Shown: positions 1 through 11,656 of the stretch, piece by piece
Layout of the letters: each line of letters begins with the position of its first letter
How positions within the stretch are numbered: the first letter of the stretch is position 1
Position numbers and translations under genes: made by a program
Notes under the pieces: model-generated
Database searches by the model: none
Seen by the model: the letters and a program-made list of their open reading frames with translations, nothing else
Told to the model about the DNA's origin: nothing
Source of the DNA: Theionarchaea archaeon
GTDB taxonomy: Archaea > Methanobacteriota_B > Thermococci > Methanofastidiosales > SZ-28-30
DNA: 55,595 nt
Assembly: GCA_018992565.1 (NCBI GenBank)
Contig: JACVGW010000010.1
Coordinates: forward strand, 1-55,595
Direction: 5' to 3'

Positions 1-73
1 ATTTCCTCGTTCTGCTGGAGAGACAATCCTCATGCAGTACTCATGACTGCTGGGCAGTGAATTCTGCACATTC

Positions 74-730
74 CTAATGACCTGTAGCCTTTCCAAGCGT
101 CATTCCATAGAGCAAGACCAGGAAAGCCACAATACATAGTGTGTAGAATATCCAGTCAAAAGCAGTGCCAAAATAGAAGGATCCAATTCCATTAGCCGCA
201 CTGTACGTCAACCAGGCAGCTGCCACCAGAAAGACACTCGTCTTGCGGGGATTCTCTGGCTCAAGCCTGACCCAAATATAGAAGAAAATCACGGCTACCA
301 AGGTCAGTATTGGAAAGATGAATCCTGTTGCCACTACCATGAATACGTTCTTGAGAACAGCCTCTGTGGGAAGCGTGAAGGGAAAACACAGGATTACTGC
401 TAGCATGATCACAAAGAGCAAGGTGCTGAATCTCTTGCGCATGAAAGAATCCGCCTTGAAATACAAGAGAGATGTGCCATAGTACAGCAAAGCAAGAGAC
501 AGGGCAGCAAGAAAGGCACCCAAGAGGCCGAAATACATGTTTGTAGTGGGATCATCAAAGTAGCGGCTCGAGAGAATGGGAATCTGTGACAGACCAAAAA
601 AGGAAAATCCAGTTCCCAATATCAGAGGAACTCCTGTCTTTTTCTGAGAGTATATTCTGAAGAAGTATACGGCTAGCAAGAATTTCACGCCAATACTCAC
701 CATGGTACTGGTCCATCTCAGAATCTCCAA
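74..730 (-). CDS. Multi-pass membrane protein (about 7 TM), function unknown
   Basis: Long hydrophobic segments throughout. Likely TTG start at 730 after a GAGGTGA RBS; the ORF track starts at 769. Confidence 0.75.
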   Translation of the reverse strand: MEILRWTSTMVSIGVKFLLAVYFFRIYSQKKTGVPLILGTGFSFFGLSQIPILSSRYFDDPTTNMYFGLLGAFLAALSLALLYYGTSLLYFKADSFMRKRFSTLLFVIMLAVILCFPFTLPTEAVLKNVFMVVATGFIFPILTLVAVIFFYIWVRLEPENPRKTSVFLVAAAWLTYSAANGIGSFYFGTAFDWIFYTLCIVAFLVLLYGMTLGKATGH

Positions 731-954
731 TGTAAGGATTATGATCACCTCTTCTTCCCTTTTTTCCACCCATTTTACTTAAATAGTTTTCGGTTGAGTT
801 TACAAGGTGTTGTTTTGACTCGGATTCATCTCGAGAGACAATTTTTATGAAAATAAGTTAGAATCGGAGAGATTCTTCACCTATCATGGTGAACAGGTTA
901 TAGAATGAAGTAGATCGATTTGCAGCAACCTTTTTAATTTCCCTTCTGTGGTGT

Positions 955-1719
955 GTGAACATGATTGACTATCATATTCATTCCACGTTCTCAATCGACG
1001 GGCGATCACACCCAAGAGACTACGTGTGCTCCGCGGCGGATCACTCGCTTGAGGAATTTGGGTTTTCAGAACATGTGGATTTAGATCCAACATGGGAAGG
1101 GTACAACTACCTGGATTATTCCCGGTACCATGAAGCTCTTGAAAAGCTGAGGGAAGAGTTCGCTCTGACTATCAAATGCGGCATAGAGCTGAGCTACCAG
1201 AAACACCTGGAGCCATCAATCAGAGCCTACCTCTCCTCTATATCATGTGATTATGTGATAGGTTCTGTTCATGATGTGAATGGAATCAGCATGGACGACA
1301 CTTTTCTGGAACATGCTACTCCTTGCTCCTATTTTGAAGCTGTTAAAGATATGACAACTTCAGGCATGATAGACATCGTGGGACACCTTGAGTATTTCAA
1401 GAGATGGGGAGGTGACTATTCTTCTTCAGACTACAAGGCAGCCATCGTACCAGTACTGCAGACCATAGTTGAGCAGAACCTCTTCCTGGAGGTTAATACC
1501 TCCGGGCTGCGTCATCCCGTCTGTGACACCTACCCCTCTCTCTGCGTCATGGAGTGGTACAGGGCCCTTGGAGGGACGCTCATAACGCTGGGTTCGGACG
1601 CCCATGAAGCTTCCCAGGTTGCATTCCAGTTCGAACCCGTGCTTTTCCAGCTCAAGGAAATCGGGTTTAATCAGGTGGTCATCTTTGACGGCAGAACCTG
1701 GTGCTATCATCCTCTTTGA
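955..1719 (+). CDS. PHP-family phosphoesterase, HisJ/histidinol-phosphatase type
   Basis: DYHIHS, FSEH, GSVH, GHLE, EVNTSG and GSDAH motifs of the PHP fold. ATG at 961 is an alternative start. Confidence 0.85.
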   Translation: MNMIDYHIHSTFSIDGRSHPRDYVCSAADHSLEEFGFSEHVDLDPTWEGYNYLDYSRYHEALEKLREEFALTIKCGIELSYQKHLEPSIRAYLSSISCDYVIGSVHDVNGISMDDTFLEHATPCSYFEAVKDMTTSGMIDIVGHLEYFKRWGGDYSSSDYKAAIVPVLQTIVEQNLFLEVNTSGLRHPVCDTYPSLCVMEWYRALGGTLITLGSDAHEASQVAFQFEPVLFQLKEIGFNQVVIFDGRTWCYHPL

Positions 1720-1762
1720 CCTCAAGACCTTCACCTCTTCGTGCTTCTATTCCACTTCCATT

Positions 1763-1778
1763 ACCGAAAAGTTTATAT
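1763..1778 (+). promoter_or_regulatory. BRE-TATA promoter
   Basis: ACCGAAAAGTTTATAT about 23 nt upstream of ATG 1801. Confidence 0.6.
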
Positions 1779-1800
1779 TATGCGACATTGATTAATAATT

Positions 1801-2505
1801 ATGATTAAAGCTTTCGCCGTCACAATGCTGATAGCAGTAATGGGAAGCTCGATTTCGGAGTTCAGTCTTTCTCCACAGGAAGAGTTCAGACTGCATTTCC
1901 AGCATGATTATGTATTCAGCATAGAAGAATGCGGTCCCGAATGCATTACCTTGACCGTTTCTCAGATGACTGATGGAATTCCCACATGGACAGGCCAGTT
2001 GTTTGACCTCCAGGAGAAGAACAGCTATTCTCTGCAGATGGATTTTGAAGACGTTCGATTGGAATCTGTCTACGTGGCATCCATTGACGCAGTGTGTGTC
2101 TTGAGGATCAGCTACCGGGAACCTGTGGTAACACAGTCTCAGGAGCGGGTGGTGAAAGCTTCCTCTGAGAAGGAGACAATGGAAACTACCTCATGGGTGA
2201 TTATTCTTGAGTTAAGCATAGTAGCCTTTTTGATTTTCCTGGTGGCTTACCGCGTTCTGCACACAGATAAGAATAAATCATCTAAAGATGAGGGTAGACC
2301 TGTTCGGAGCCCGAACTTGCCAGGTCCCGCTCTGGGATTTCATGATGAATGGCACCCGGGAATCCCCCGCTATAAAGAGGAAGACTCAGATCTAGAACTG
2401 CTTCAGCACATTAAGGAACTGGAGAATCTTAAGGAAAAGGAGATACAGCATAGAATGAGGAGAAGGCTGGAAGAAGCAGAGAGCATGGGACTGGATTGGA
2501 TCTAA
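1801..2505 (+). CDS. Hypothetical single-pass membrane protein with signal peptide
   Basis: N-terminal hydrophobic signal, TM segment WVIILELSIVAFLIFLVAY, charged C-terminal helix. Confidence 0.7.
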   Translation: MIKAFAVTMLIAVMGSSISEFSLSPQEEFRLHFQHDYVFSIEECGPECITLTVSQMTDGIPTWTGQLFDLQEKNSYSLQMDFEDVRLESVYVASIDAVCVLRISYREPVVTQSQERVVKASSEKETMETTSWVIILELSIVAFLIFLVAYRVLHTDKNKSSKDEGRPVRSPNLPGPALGFHDEWHPGIPRYKEEDSDLELLQHIKELENLKEKEIQHRMRRRLEEAESMGLDWI

Positions 2506-2508
2506 GCA

Positions 2509-3114
2509 TCAGATGGAGACAGATTCTTTTTCCAGAAACCCCATTTCTTTCTCCGAAAATGCTTCAGGATCTACGGGAATGAGCATGATACCGCCATGGC
2601 GAGAAAGGACTTCGCGGATGATGTAGAGCTGTTTGAGAACAGGTTCGAATTTATTGTGGACAATGAGGTACTCCAATCCATCCAAAAGAATGACGGGATC
2701 TTTCTGGTCAAATACAGCTTCACTGATGATATAGGAAAGCTTGTGCAGCTGCGTGGGATACAGAACATTTTCATCATCTTTCTGGCTCAACCATAGGGCA
2801 GGAGCTGCACTGAGGTTGTAGACAGTCTTCACACGGGGAGGGTTTTTCCGGGTTATGATGAGACCAGTGGCATTCTTACCGAACCAATCTGCGAAGAGGG
2901 AATAGGAACGTTCCACGTCCCTTCCTTTTACCAGATACATGGTTCCCTTTTCCAGTTGCGGTTTCTCTGTTGGAACTTCTTCAGGTGGGGTAAAGAGCTT
3001 TGTGATCCTGAAGGCAGCAAGGACAAGGAGAACCAGGACAGCAGCATGTAACCCTGAGTAATGAACCACAGTCTGACTTACTACCTTTGTCTCCGCCTGT
3101 AATACCAGCACCAT
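2509..3114 (-). CDS. DUF835-domain protein (inactive KaiC-like) with N-terminal TM helix
   Basis: GLIITRKNP, WLS, P-T-L, ILLDGLEYLIVHNKF and PVDPEAF...LEKE match the DUF835 signature. Confidence 0.85.
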   Translation of the reverse strand: MVLVLQAETKVVSQTVVHYSGLHAAVLVLLVLAAFRITKLFTPPEEVPTEKPQLEKGTMYLVKGRDVERSYSLFADWFGKNATGLIITRKNPPRVKTVYNLSAAPALWLSQKDDENVLYPTQLHKLSYIISEAVFDQKDPVILLDGLEYLIVHNKFEPVLKQLYIIREVLSRHGGIMLIPVDPEAFSEKEMGFLEKESVSI

Positions 3115-3124
3115 GCTTTTCCTC

Positions 3125-5035
<1,911 letters not shown>

Positions 5036-5181
5036 CTAGAGTGATGAATTTCGTAGAGAAATCATGAATGTAACAGGAAAAGATCACTTTAACAGAGGAA
5101 TTTCATTCCAGGTTGAATCCTCTCTTTTCTTTATGGGAATAAAAAAACTGCCTCTCTCCAGAAAAACGAAAATGCCACAGA

Positions 5182-5751
5182 TTAGCCAACCACTTTGGCC
5201 TTGACAATTTCAACTCTTCTCAGGGGATACACGCTCTTTGCAGCTTTGAAAGCGTCAGAAGCCACCTTACTGAGAAACAGCTCCTGGACGAATTGTTCCA
5301 ATGTCAGGGCTGAAGCTGATTCTGAAATAGCCCGGCTGATTGCTCTTCGCAAAGCTGCTTCCTGTTGGTTGGTGGTCGTCCTGTAGCAGAGCCCTGCAGC
5401 AGTGACCCGCACCTTCTTTCCATCTTTTGTGGCGATGTCTGTAATAGCTTCCACTTTGGTGTTGCGTCTCCTGATCTGAGCCCTCATATAGGAGCGGGAA
5501 ACCTCGTGGCGCAGAAATTCCGTATGCGCCTCATTGCCCTGTACCTCACTTATCTTGAAGTACAGCTTGAGGTGGCTCTTCTTGAAATCTCCACTGAGTT
5601 CCTTCCCACTGACATCTACTGTCCTCCCAATGAGCTTTTTGGGATCATCTGCAGGAGTCTCACCGACATGCTGTTTCCCGAACATAGAAGGGGCATAGAT
5701 GCCATACCATTCTTTTGCTTTCCATGGGTCTTTCTTTCGGAGTTTTGCCAT
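5182..5751 (-). CDS. rps3ae: 30S ribosomal protein S3Ae (eS1)
   Basis: KDPWKAKEWY, APSMF and YPLRRVEI.K. ATG at 5751 follows a GGTGAT RBS. Confidence 0.96.
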   Translation of the reverse strand: MAKLRKKDPWKAKEWYGIYAPSMFGKQHVGETPADDPKKLIGRTVDVSGKELSGDFKKSHLKLYFKISEVQGNEAHTEFLRHEVSRSYMRAQIRRRNTKVEAITDIATKDGKKVRVTAAGLCYRTTTNQQEAALRRAISRAISESASALTLEQFVQELFLSKVASDAFKAAKSVYPLRRVEIVKAKVVG

Positions 5752-6105
5752 CAAATCACCTTGATAGAGCACACGAGAGATTTCTCCTTTATAAGGTTAA
5801 TCCTCAGTGATCAATGTAGTACAGTGACAAAGGTTGTTATGGATCGTTTTAAAGGTTTCCCTTACTGCCTTGAGAAAGTCGGGGGGAATGAGACATCTCT
5901 TTCATAGTAATGAGTGGTAACCTGGATGATGAGTCCTGATTGACCTGATGGAACTGATGGGTTATTTGGGGAAGCAGGGCTTCTTCTCTTTTTGCTTCTC
6001 GAGATATCTCTGGTCAGTCTGAGTGGTGCGCTCAGTGGGATAAGTTAAAAAGCATGGTGTGTGCAGTGATTACAAAGCCTCCTTCCTGGAAATCATTTCA
6101 GGAAA

Positions 6106-7176
6106 GTGTCAGCAGAGGAGAATGATTTTGTGAATCCTTCAATTACTCTGGAGCAATTGACGGTAGCCCTGCCCAAGGTGGAGCTCCACCTCCATCTGGA
6201 AGGGGCTATTCCTCTCGAAACATTGTTCCAGCTTGTCCAGAAAAAGGGCGACCCTTCCATCGAGAGTATTGATGATCTGCAACGAAAGTTAACATACACT
6301 GACTTTGATCACTTCATCGACACATGGATTTGGAAGAATGCCTTCATTACAGAAGAGAAAGACTTTGAATGGATTACCTATGATGTGCTGCAGAGTCTTG
6401 CCCATCATCATGTCCGATATGTTGAGGCTTTCTATTCTCCCAGTGATTATTTTGGAGAGGGGATTTCCACACAGAAGATTACGGAGTACGTCATTAAGGG
6501 CAAGGAGAGGGCCTACCGTGACTATGGTATTCGCTGTGAACTGATCATGGATATTGTACGGGGAAATAGTCTCGACATGTGCATGCAGCAGGTTGAGGAT
6601 GTGGAACCGTATCTGGGTAAAGGAGTCATAGGCATCGGACTGGGAGGTAGAGAACAGAAATATCCTGCAGATATCTATGTTCCAGTATACAGAAAAGCTG
6701 ATCGAGCGGGGTTCAGACTAACAGCACATGCAGGAGAAGCGGCCGGACCTGAGTCTATCTGGGCAGCAATCAAGAAATTGGGCTGTGAACGTATTGGGCA
6801 CGGAGTGAGAGCACATGAGGACCCTGAGCTCGTTGCCTTCCTCAGCAAGACAAGGCTACCCCTGGAACTGTGTGTGATCAGCAATGTACGAACGGGCGTA
6901 TGTCCCTCTCTTGCAGATCATCCAATCAAGCAGTACTTCGAAAGAGGATTGCTGGTTACAGTCAGTTCTGATGATCCCACCATGTTTAACACCACCATCA
7001 GCAGAGAATATGAAGTACTGGCAGAAAACCTTGGATTTTCCATAGAGGACCTAAAGCGTATAAGTTTCAACAGTATCACTGCTTCTTTCTTGTCTGAAAG
7101 AGACAAGGAGTCATTGAGATCCCGTTTTGAGAGAGAGTGGAATGAGGTGCAGGACAGATTCTTGACAGAGCACTGA
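6106..7176 (+). CDS. add: Adenosine/adenine deaminase
   Basis: LPKVELHLHLEG, AHAGE, ERIGHG and SSDDP motifs. Exact start uncertain. Confidence 0.92.
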   Translation: MSAEENDFVNPSITLEQLTVALPKVELHLHLEGAIPLETLFQLVQKKGDPSIESIDDLQRKLTYTDFDHFIDTWIWKNAFITEEKDFEWITYDVLQSLAHHHVRYVEAFYSPSDYFGEGISTQKITEYVIKGKERAYRDYGIRCELIMDIVRGNSLDMCMQQVEDVEPYLGKGVIGIGLGGREQKYPADIYVPVYRKADRAGFRLTAHAGEAAGPESIWAAIKKLGCERIGHGVRAHEDPELVAFLSKTRLPLELCVISNVRTGVCPSLADHPIKQYFERGLLVTVSSDDPTMFNTTISREYEVLAENLGFSIEDLKRISFNSITASFLSERDKESLRSRFEREWNEVQDRFLTEH

Positions 7177-7231
7177 ACTCAGATTCCTGAAAGAGCGGCA
7201 ACATTTTTAAGTCCACAGAGAGACTGGCACC

Positions 7232-7768
7232 ATGTTATATTTCATCACATCCAACAATCACAAATGTGCAGAGATTCGGAAGCTAACAGACATTCCAATA
7301 GTTCAAAGAGACCTGTCCTACCCTGAGATTCAGGCCGATACTCTACAGGAAGTGGCAGAATCCGGTGCTGAATACTGCTATCCACGACTGGGAGAACCGT
7401 GCTTTGTGGAAGATTCTGGGTTATTCTGTGATGCACTGCGGGGATTTCCAGGACCGTACTCCAATTATGTATATCGGACCCTTGGATGTGAAGGGATCTT
7501 GCGTCTCGTTTCACAGAACAGGAATGCACATTTCGCCTCTGTCATTGCGTATCATGATGGTTCAGAGGTCAACCTTTTTATGGGTGAGATTAGAGGTACT
7601 CTCGCAGAAACCATAAAAGGCGAAAAAGGCTTCGGGTTTGATCCTATATTCATTCCCGAAGGTGAAACCAGAACCTTTGCTGAAATGGAGACTGAAGAGA
7701 AAAATTTATATTCCCATAGGGGAAAAGCGTTCACAGCGTTTATTAGCTATTTGAATCAGGTGAGATAA
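7232..7768 (+). CDS. rdgB: Non-canonical purine NTP pyrophosphatase (RdgB/HAM1)
   Basis: [26 protein letters not shown] and EKN..SHR. Confidence 0.95.
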   Translation: MLYFITSNNHKCAEIRKLTDIPIVQRDLSYPEIQADTLQEVAESGAEYCYPRLGEPCFVEDSGLFCDALRGFPGPYSNYVYRTLGCEGILRLVSQNRNAHFASVIAYHDGSEVNLFMGEIRGTLAETIKGEKGFGFDPIFIPEGETRTFAEMETEEKNLYSHRGKAFTAFISYLNQVR

Positions 7769-8220
7769 TGGCAAGAATGCATTCAAAGAAAAGAGGAAAA
7801 TCACGATCAAAACGTCCCCTGCGGACCGCTCCTCCTACATGGTCAGAGTACTCCAGAGAAGAGGTCGCTGATCTTGTTCTGAGATACAGGAAGGAGGAAT
7901 ATTCACCAAGTACTATAGGAATTGTGCTGCGTGATCGGCATGGTATTCCTTCAGTGAAGTTGGCCACGGGAAGGAAGATCACCCAGATTCTGGAGGAACA
8001 AAATGAGGCTCCCAGTCTTCCTGAAGACTTGATGAATCTGATGAAGCAGGCTGTAAACCTGCGAAAACACATGGAAGAACATCCTGGAGATTTGCATTCC
8101 AGGAGGGGGTTGCAGTTGTGTGAATCCAAGATCAGACGTCTGGTGAAGTACTACCGCGGAAAGAAACTACCAGCAGACTGGAGGTATGAGCCCGAGAGGG
8201 CGGAGCTCCTGGTGAGATAG
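7768..8220 (+). CDS. rps15: 30S ribosomal protein S15 (uS15, archaeal/eukaryotic type)
   Basis: [23 protein letters not shown] and [11 protein letters not shown]. Confidence 0.97.
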   Translation: MARMHSKKRGKSRSKRPLRTAPPTWSEYSREEVADLVLRYRKEEYSPSTIGIVLRDRHGIPSVKLATGRKITQILEEQNEAPSLPEDLMNLMKQAVNLRKHMEEHPGDLHSRRGLQLCESKIRRLVKYYRGKKLPADWRYEPERAELLVR

Positions 8221-8222
8221 AC

Positions 8223-9446
8223 GTGTCTGAATTTGAAGGAGCGCTCAGGGAAGCTTCTCGGATCCTGAAGAATAATCAGCCTTTTCAGGTAATTACCCAT
8301 GGAGATGTGGATGGAGTAGCTGCAGGTGCTCTGGCTTTGTCTGCTTTTGATTGCAGGGTAACCATTCAGAAGCGACTAGCCATGGAGAAGTTGGACCCTT
8401 CCCAGTTTACGCTGTTTCTGGACATGGGAAGTTCTCAATGTGAAGAGATTGAGGAACGGTTCTCGCACTACCTGATCATTGATCACCATCCCGCAGCAGC
8501 ATATGGTCCCCACGTGGTTAACCCCTGGATGTATGGTATTGACGGGACTCGTGAATTGTGTGCTGCAGCAACCTTTTACCTGGTGATCAAGAGACTTGGC
8601 AAAGAGTATCGAAGACTGAGTTATCTGGGCCTGGTGGGCGCACTGGGTGACAGACAGAGCCTGGATACGAGGAATTGTGAACTCTTTGAAGACGCAGTAG
8701 AGACAGGCGTGCTCCAGAACAACCTACTGTTCAATGAGTATGAGCTCTCGGAGTTCGTGAAGGTAGTCAACGCGTGCTGCAGAAATAGCAAGAAGGAATT
8801 GGCAATGGATATATGCCTTTTGAGAAATTACAGCCAGGGAAAAGAAGAGCTGGAAATATATAACCGCATTTTTGAGAGAGATCTCCAATATCTAACAGAA
8901 AAATGGTGTACCATTACCAGGGAAAATGAGGGAAGAGTCTCCATTTATGTGCATGACGAAACTCTTACCAGAAAGTATGCTGGAGAGCTTGCAACAACGC
9001 TGGCTCGCACGTATGAGAGACCAGTGATCATCCTGGTACGTGACGAAGAAGGAATCAAAATCTCCGGGAGAGCGACCTCTGCTCTGGTTACGAGAGGTGT
9101 GCACCTGGGAAATGCGTTCCAGGGGTTCGGAGGAGGGCATGATGTGGCAGCAGGCGCTTTTCTTCAGGATGAAGAGATGATAGAAACATTTATACAGGTT
9201 ACTGACCAAAGGCTTCATCGCATGATAGCTCCCATCAGGGTAGAGCTTGATATTCCAGTGAAGGATGCCTCTATGGTAATGAAGGTTTTGGCCATAGACA
9301 ATCTAGGGTATGATACCATTGATGTTACAGCAGAGAAAGACCACATCCTGGTAACTGCATGGGGCAGTCCAGGAACAGTGAAGAATACCATCGATGATGT
9401 CATTGCCTGCGTCATATCTGCTGTAAGCATGATGGAGGGAGAGTAA
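8223..9446 (+). CDS. DHH/DHHA1 RecJ-like nuclease (GAN/Cdc45-like) with C-terminal Pcc1-like domain
   Basis: HGDVDG, FLDMG, IDHH, VNP, GALGD and GGGHDVAAG motifs; lies directly after rps15. The last ~74 aa (LAIDN...TVKNTIDDVIACVISA) resemble KEOPS Pcc1. Confidence 0.85.
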   Translation: MSEFEGALREASRILKNNQPFQVITHGDVDGVAAGALALSAFDCRVTIQKRLAMEKLDPSQFTLFLDMGSSQCEEIEERFSHYLIIDHHPAAAYGPHVVNPWMYGIDGTRELCAAATFYLVIKRLGKEYRRLSYLGLVGALGDRQSLDTRNCELFEDAVETGVLQNNLLFNEYELSEFVKVVNACCRNSKKELAMDICLLRNYSQGKEELEIYNRIFERDLQYLTEKWCTITRENEGRVSIYVHDETLTRKYAGELATTLARTYERPVIILVRDEEGIKISGRATSALVTRGVHLGNAFQGFGGGHDVAAGAFLQDEEMIETFIQVTDQRLHRMIAPIRVELDIPVKDASMVMKVLAIDNLGYDTIDVTAEKDHILVTAWGSPGTVKNTIDDVIACVISAVSMMEGE

Positions 9447-10714
9447 TGCTCGATATCAGTTTGATAAGGGAGTCACCAGAAGTGGTAAAAGAATCCATGA
9501 GAAGACGTCAAATGGACGCCACTGCAGTCGATGAGGTGAGAACTCTGGATGAGCAGTGGAGAGACGTACTCACTGAGGGAAACAGGTTGCGGCACAGGAA
9601 AAACGTACTGGCTGATGAGATCAAAGAGCTGAGAAAGCAGGGGAAAGACATTTCTGAGAAAATTGAGGAGTCCAAGGCCCTTCCCCAGAAGATTCGGGAT
9701 CTGGAGGAAAAAGAGAGGGATCTCAAATCACAGATTCAGCAACTCATGCTACAGATTCCAAACCTGCTTCATGAATCCGTTCCGGATGGTCTGGATGACA
9801 CAGAGAATGAAGAAGTGAAGCGCTGGGGTACGCTGAAGGAATACGATTTTGAATTGAAAAGCCACGTGGATATCATGGAAGCGCTGGACTTGCTGGACAC
9901 GGAACGAGCGGGCAAGGTGGCAGGCTCACGGTTTTTCTACCTGAAGAATGAGGCAGTCCTTCTGGACATGGCGCTGATCCATGTAGCCCTCCAGCACATG
10001 AGATCAAAGAGGTTCAACCTCATGGAAACACCTTACATGCTCAACAGAAAGTCAGTGGAAGGCTGTGTGGACATGAGTGCTTTTGAAGATGTCCTGTATA
10101 AAATTGATGGTGAGGATTTGTACTTGACAGCCACATCAGAACATACTCTGGCTGCCTATCACATGGATGAAATTCTGGAAGAAGAGGTTCTGCCTTTGAG
10201 GTATGCAGGATTTTCAGCATGCTTCAGAAAGGAGGCTGGAGCCCACGGAAAAGACACCAAAGGCGTTTTCAGAGCTCATCAGTTCAACAAGGTCGAGCAA
10301 TTTGTGTTTTGTACTCCGCAGCAATCCTGGGATGAGCACGAGAGCCTGGTCCAGAATGCAGAAGAGATATTCCAGAAGCTGGAACTGCCCTACCGGGTGG
10401 TCAATGTGTGCACAGGAGACCTGGGGGGAGTTGCAGCCAAGAAATATGATATTGAGGCATGGATGCCCAAACAGGAGACATTCAGAGAGGTCGTCTCCTG
10501 CAGCAATTGCACTGACTATCAGGCGCGGGAGCTCAATGTCAGGTACAGAACCTCTGAAGGAAACGAATTTGTACACACCCTGAACAGCACAGCTCTGGCT
10601 ACTTCACGGGCCCTGGTGGCCATTTTTGAGAACTTCCAGCAGGAAGATGGTTCAGTGATAGTTCCAAAAGTGTTGAGAGACCTGGTGGGCTGCGACGTAA
10701 TCACGCCGCAGTAG
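9446..10714 (+). CDS. serS: Serine--tRNA ligase (type 1)
   Basis: N-terminal coiled coil, ATSE, FRKEAG, HQFNKVE, SCSNCTDYQAR and HTLNST. Confidence 0.97.
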   Translation: MLDISLIRESPEVVKESMRRRQMDATAVDEVRTLDEQWRDVLTEGNRLRHRKNVLADEIKELRKQGKDISEKIEESKALPQKIRDLEEKERDLKSQIQQLMLQIPNLLHESVPDGLDDTENEEVKRWGTLKEYDFELKSHVDIMEALDLLDTERAGKVAGSRFFYLKNEAVLLDMALIHVALQHMRSKRFNLMETPYMLNRKSVEGCVDMSAFEDVLYKIDGEDLYLTATSEHTLAAYHMDEILEEEVLPLRYAGFSACFRKEAGAHGKDTKGVFRAHQFNKVEQFVFCTPQQSWDEHESLVQNAEEIFQKLELPYRVVNVCTGDLGGVAAKKYDIEAWMPKQETFREVVSCSNCTDYQARELNVRYRTSEGNEFVHTLNSTALATSRALVAIFENFQQEDGSVIVPKVLRDLVGCDVITPQ

Positions 10715-10719
10715 AGGGT

Positions 10720-11073
10720 ATGAACACGTTTTACTGTGAACCAATCACGGTCACCTTCAACCGGGAACCTCTCCTGGAAAAGAAGACTGGGCCTCCCTCA
10801 GCATTTGTGTGGAGAGAGACCTCTTATACGATTATTGCAGTACTCAGGACGTGGCATGATTACAACCAGCGGGGAAGGCTTGACTTCCTCTATGACGAAA
10901 AGAGAGGTAACGCTCCCCGGATGACTCTGGGCAAGAGGGGATCCTGGGGAGTTGGGAGAGACTACTACAGGGTTGAGACTGACTCTGGCGAAGTCTTTGA
11001 CCTTTACTACGATCGAGCCCCGAGGAAGCATAAGAAGGGAGAATGGATACTGCTCAAGAAGGTAGAGCAGTGA
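10720..11073 (+). CDS. DUF6504-like conserved hypothetical protein
   Basis: P.AFVWR..Y.I..V..W...RDYYRV...G.V.DLYYD...W.L pattern; GAGGGT RBS. Confidence 0.7.
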   Translation: MNTFYCEPITVTFNREPLLEKKTGPPSAFVWRETSYTIIAVLRTWHDYNQRGRLDFLYDEKRGNAPRMTLGKRGSWGVGRDYYRVETDSGEVFDLYYDRAPRKHKKGEWILLKKVEQ

Positions 11074-11183
11074 ATTCCACGGACCTCAATGCAGTCCAAG
11101 GTGTGTGCGGAACGATCAATGATGGAAACATTTATTAATCTCAGGTCTATTGCAGGTGCACAGTTCAATATGAGGCTAACCCC

Positions 11184-11405
11184 ATGAACGACACAGACTG
11201 GGAAAGCATCTTCCAGGATAGAGATAGTCTGCTCAAAGCTGCAGCGATCTCGTACTTCGGACTCGCCATGTATCTGGCATTAAAGAAGAATAAACCTCCC
11301 AAGAAGGTGGAACCTCTTCCAGAAGAGAGACCGCGGAAAAGACCTCTTACTCTCAGTGAAATGATTTCCAAGATGATTGAAGAGACTTATGGAATCCAGA
11401 AGTAG
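11184..11405 (+). CDS. Small hypothetical single-TM protein
   Basis: TM segment followed by a basic/Pro-rich tail; TATA-like TTTATTAA upstream. Confidence 0.55.
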   Translation: MNDTDWESIFQDRDSLLKAAAISYFGLAMYLALKKNKPPKKVEPLPEERPRKRPLTLSEMISKMIEETYGIQK

Positions 11406-11656
11406 GCTCGAATTGAAGTCAGCGTGACTTCAGGAGCGTCTGTGACTTCCTGTCCTTGAATCGTTATGCAACTTCTCCTCTCTTGTGTGATTCTCCTATT
11501 CGTATCATTCTTGCAGGCATGTCATTAATCCTGCCCCAGATACCACTGCAATATCTTTATATATGCAAGTACTATCAGCCTCTTGAGCAAGAGGAAGGTA
11601 TTACATGAGACCTCTTCTCTTCAAGTCAATGCCATGAAGGCCAGGGAGTATGTGAA

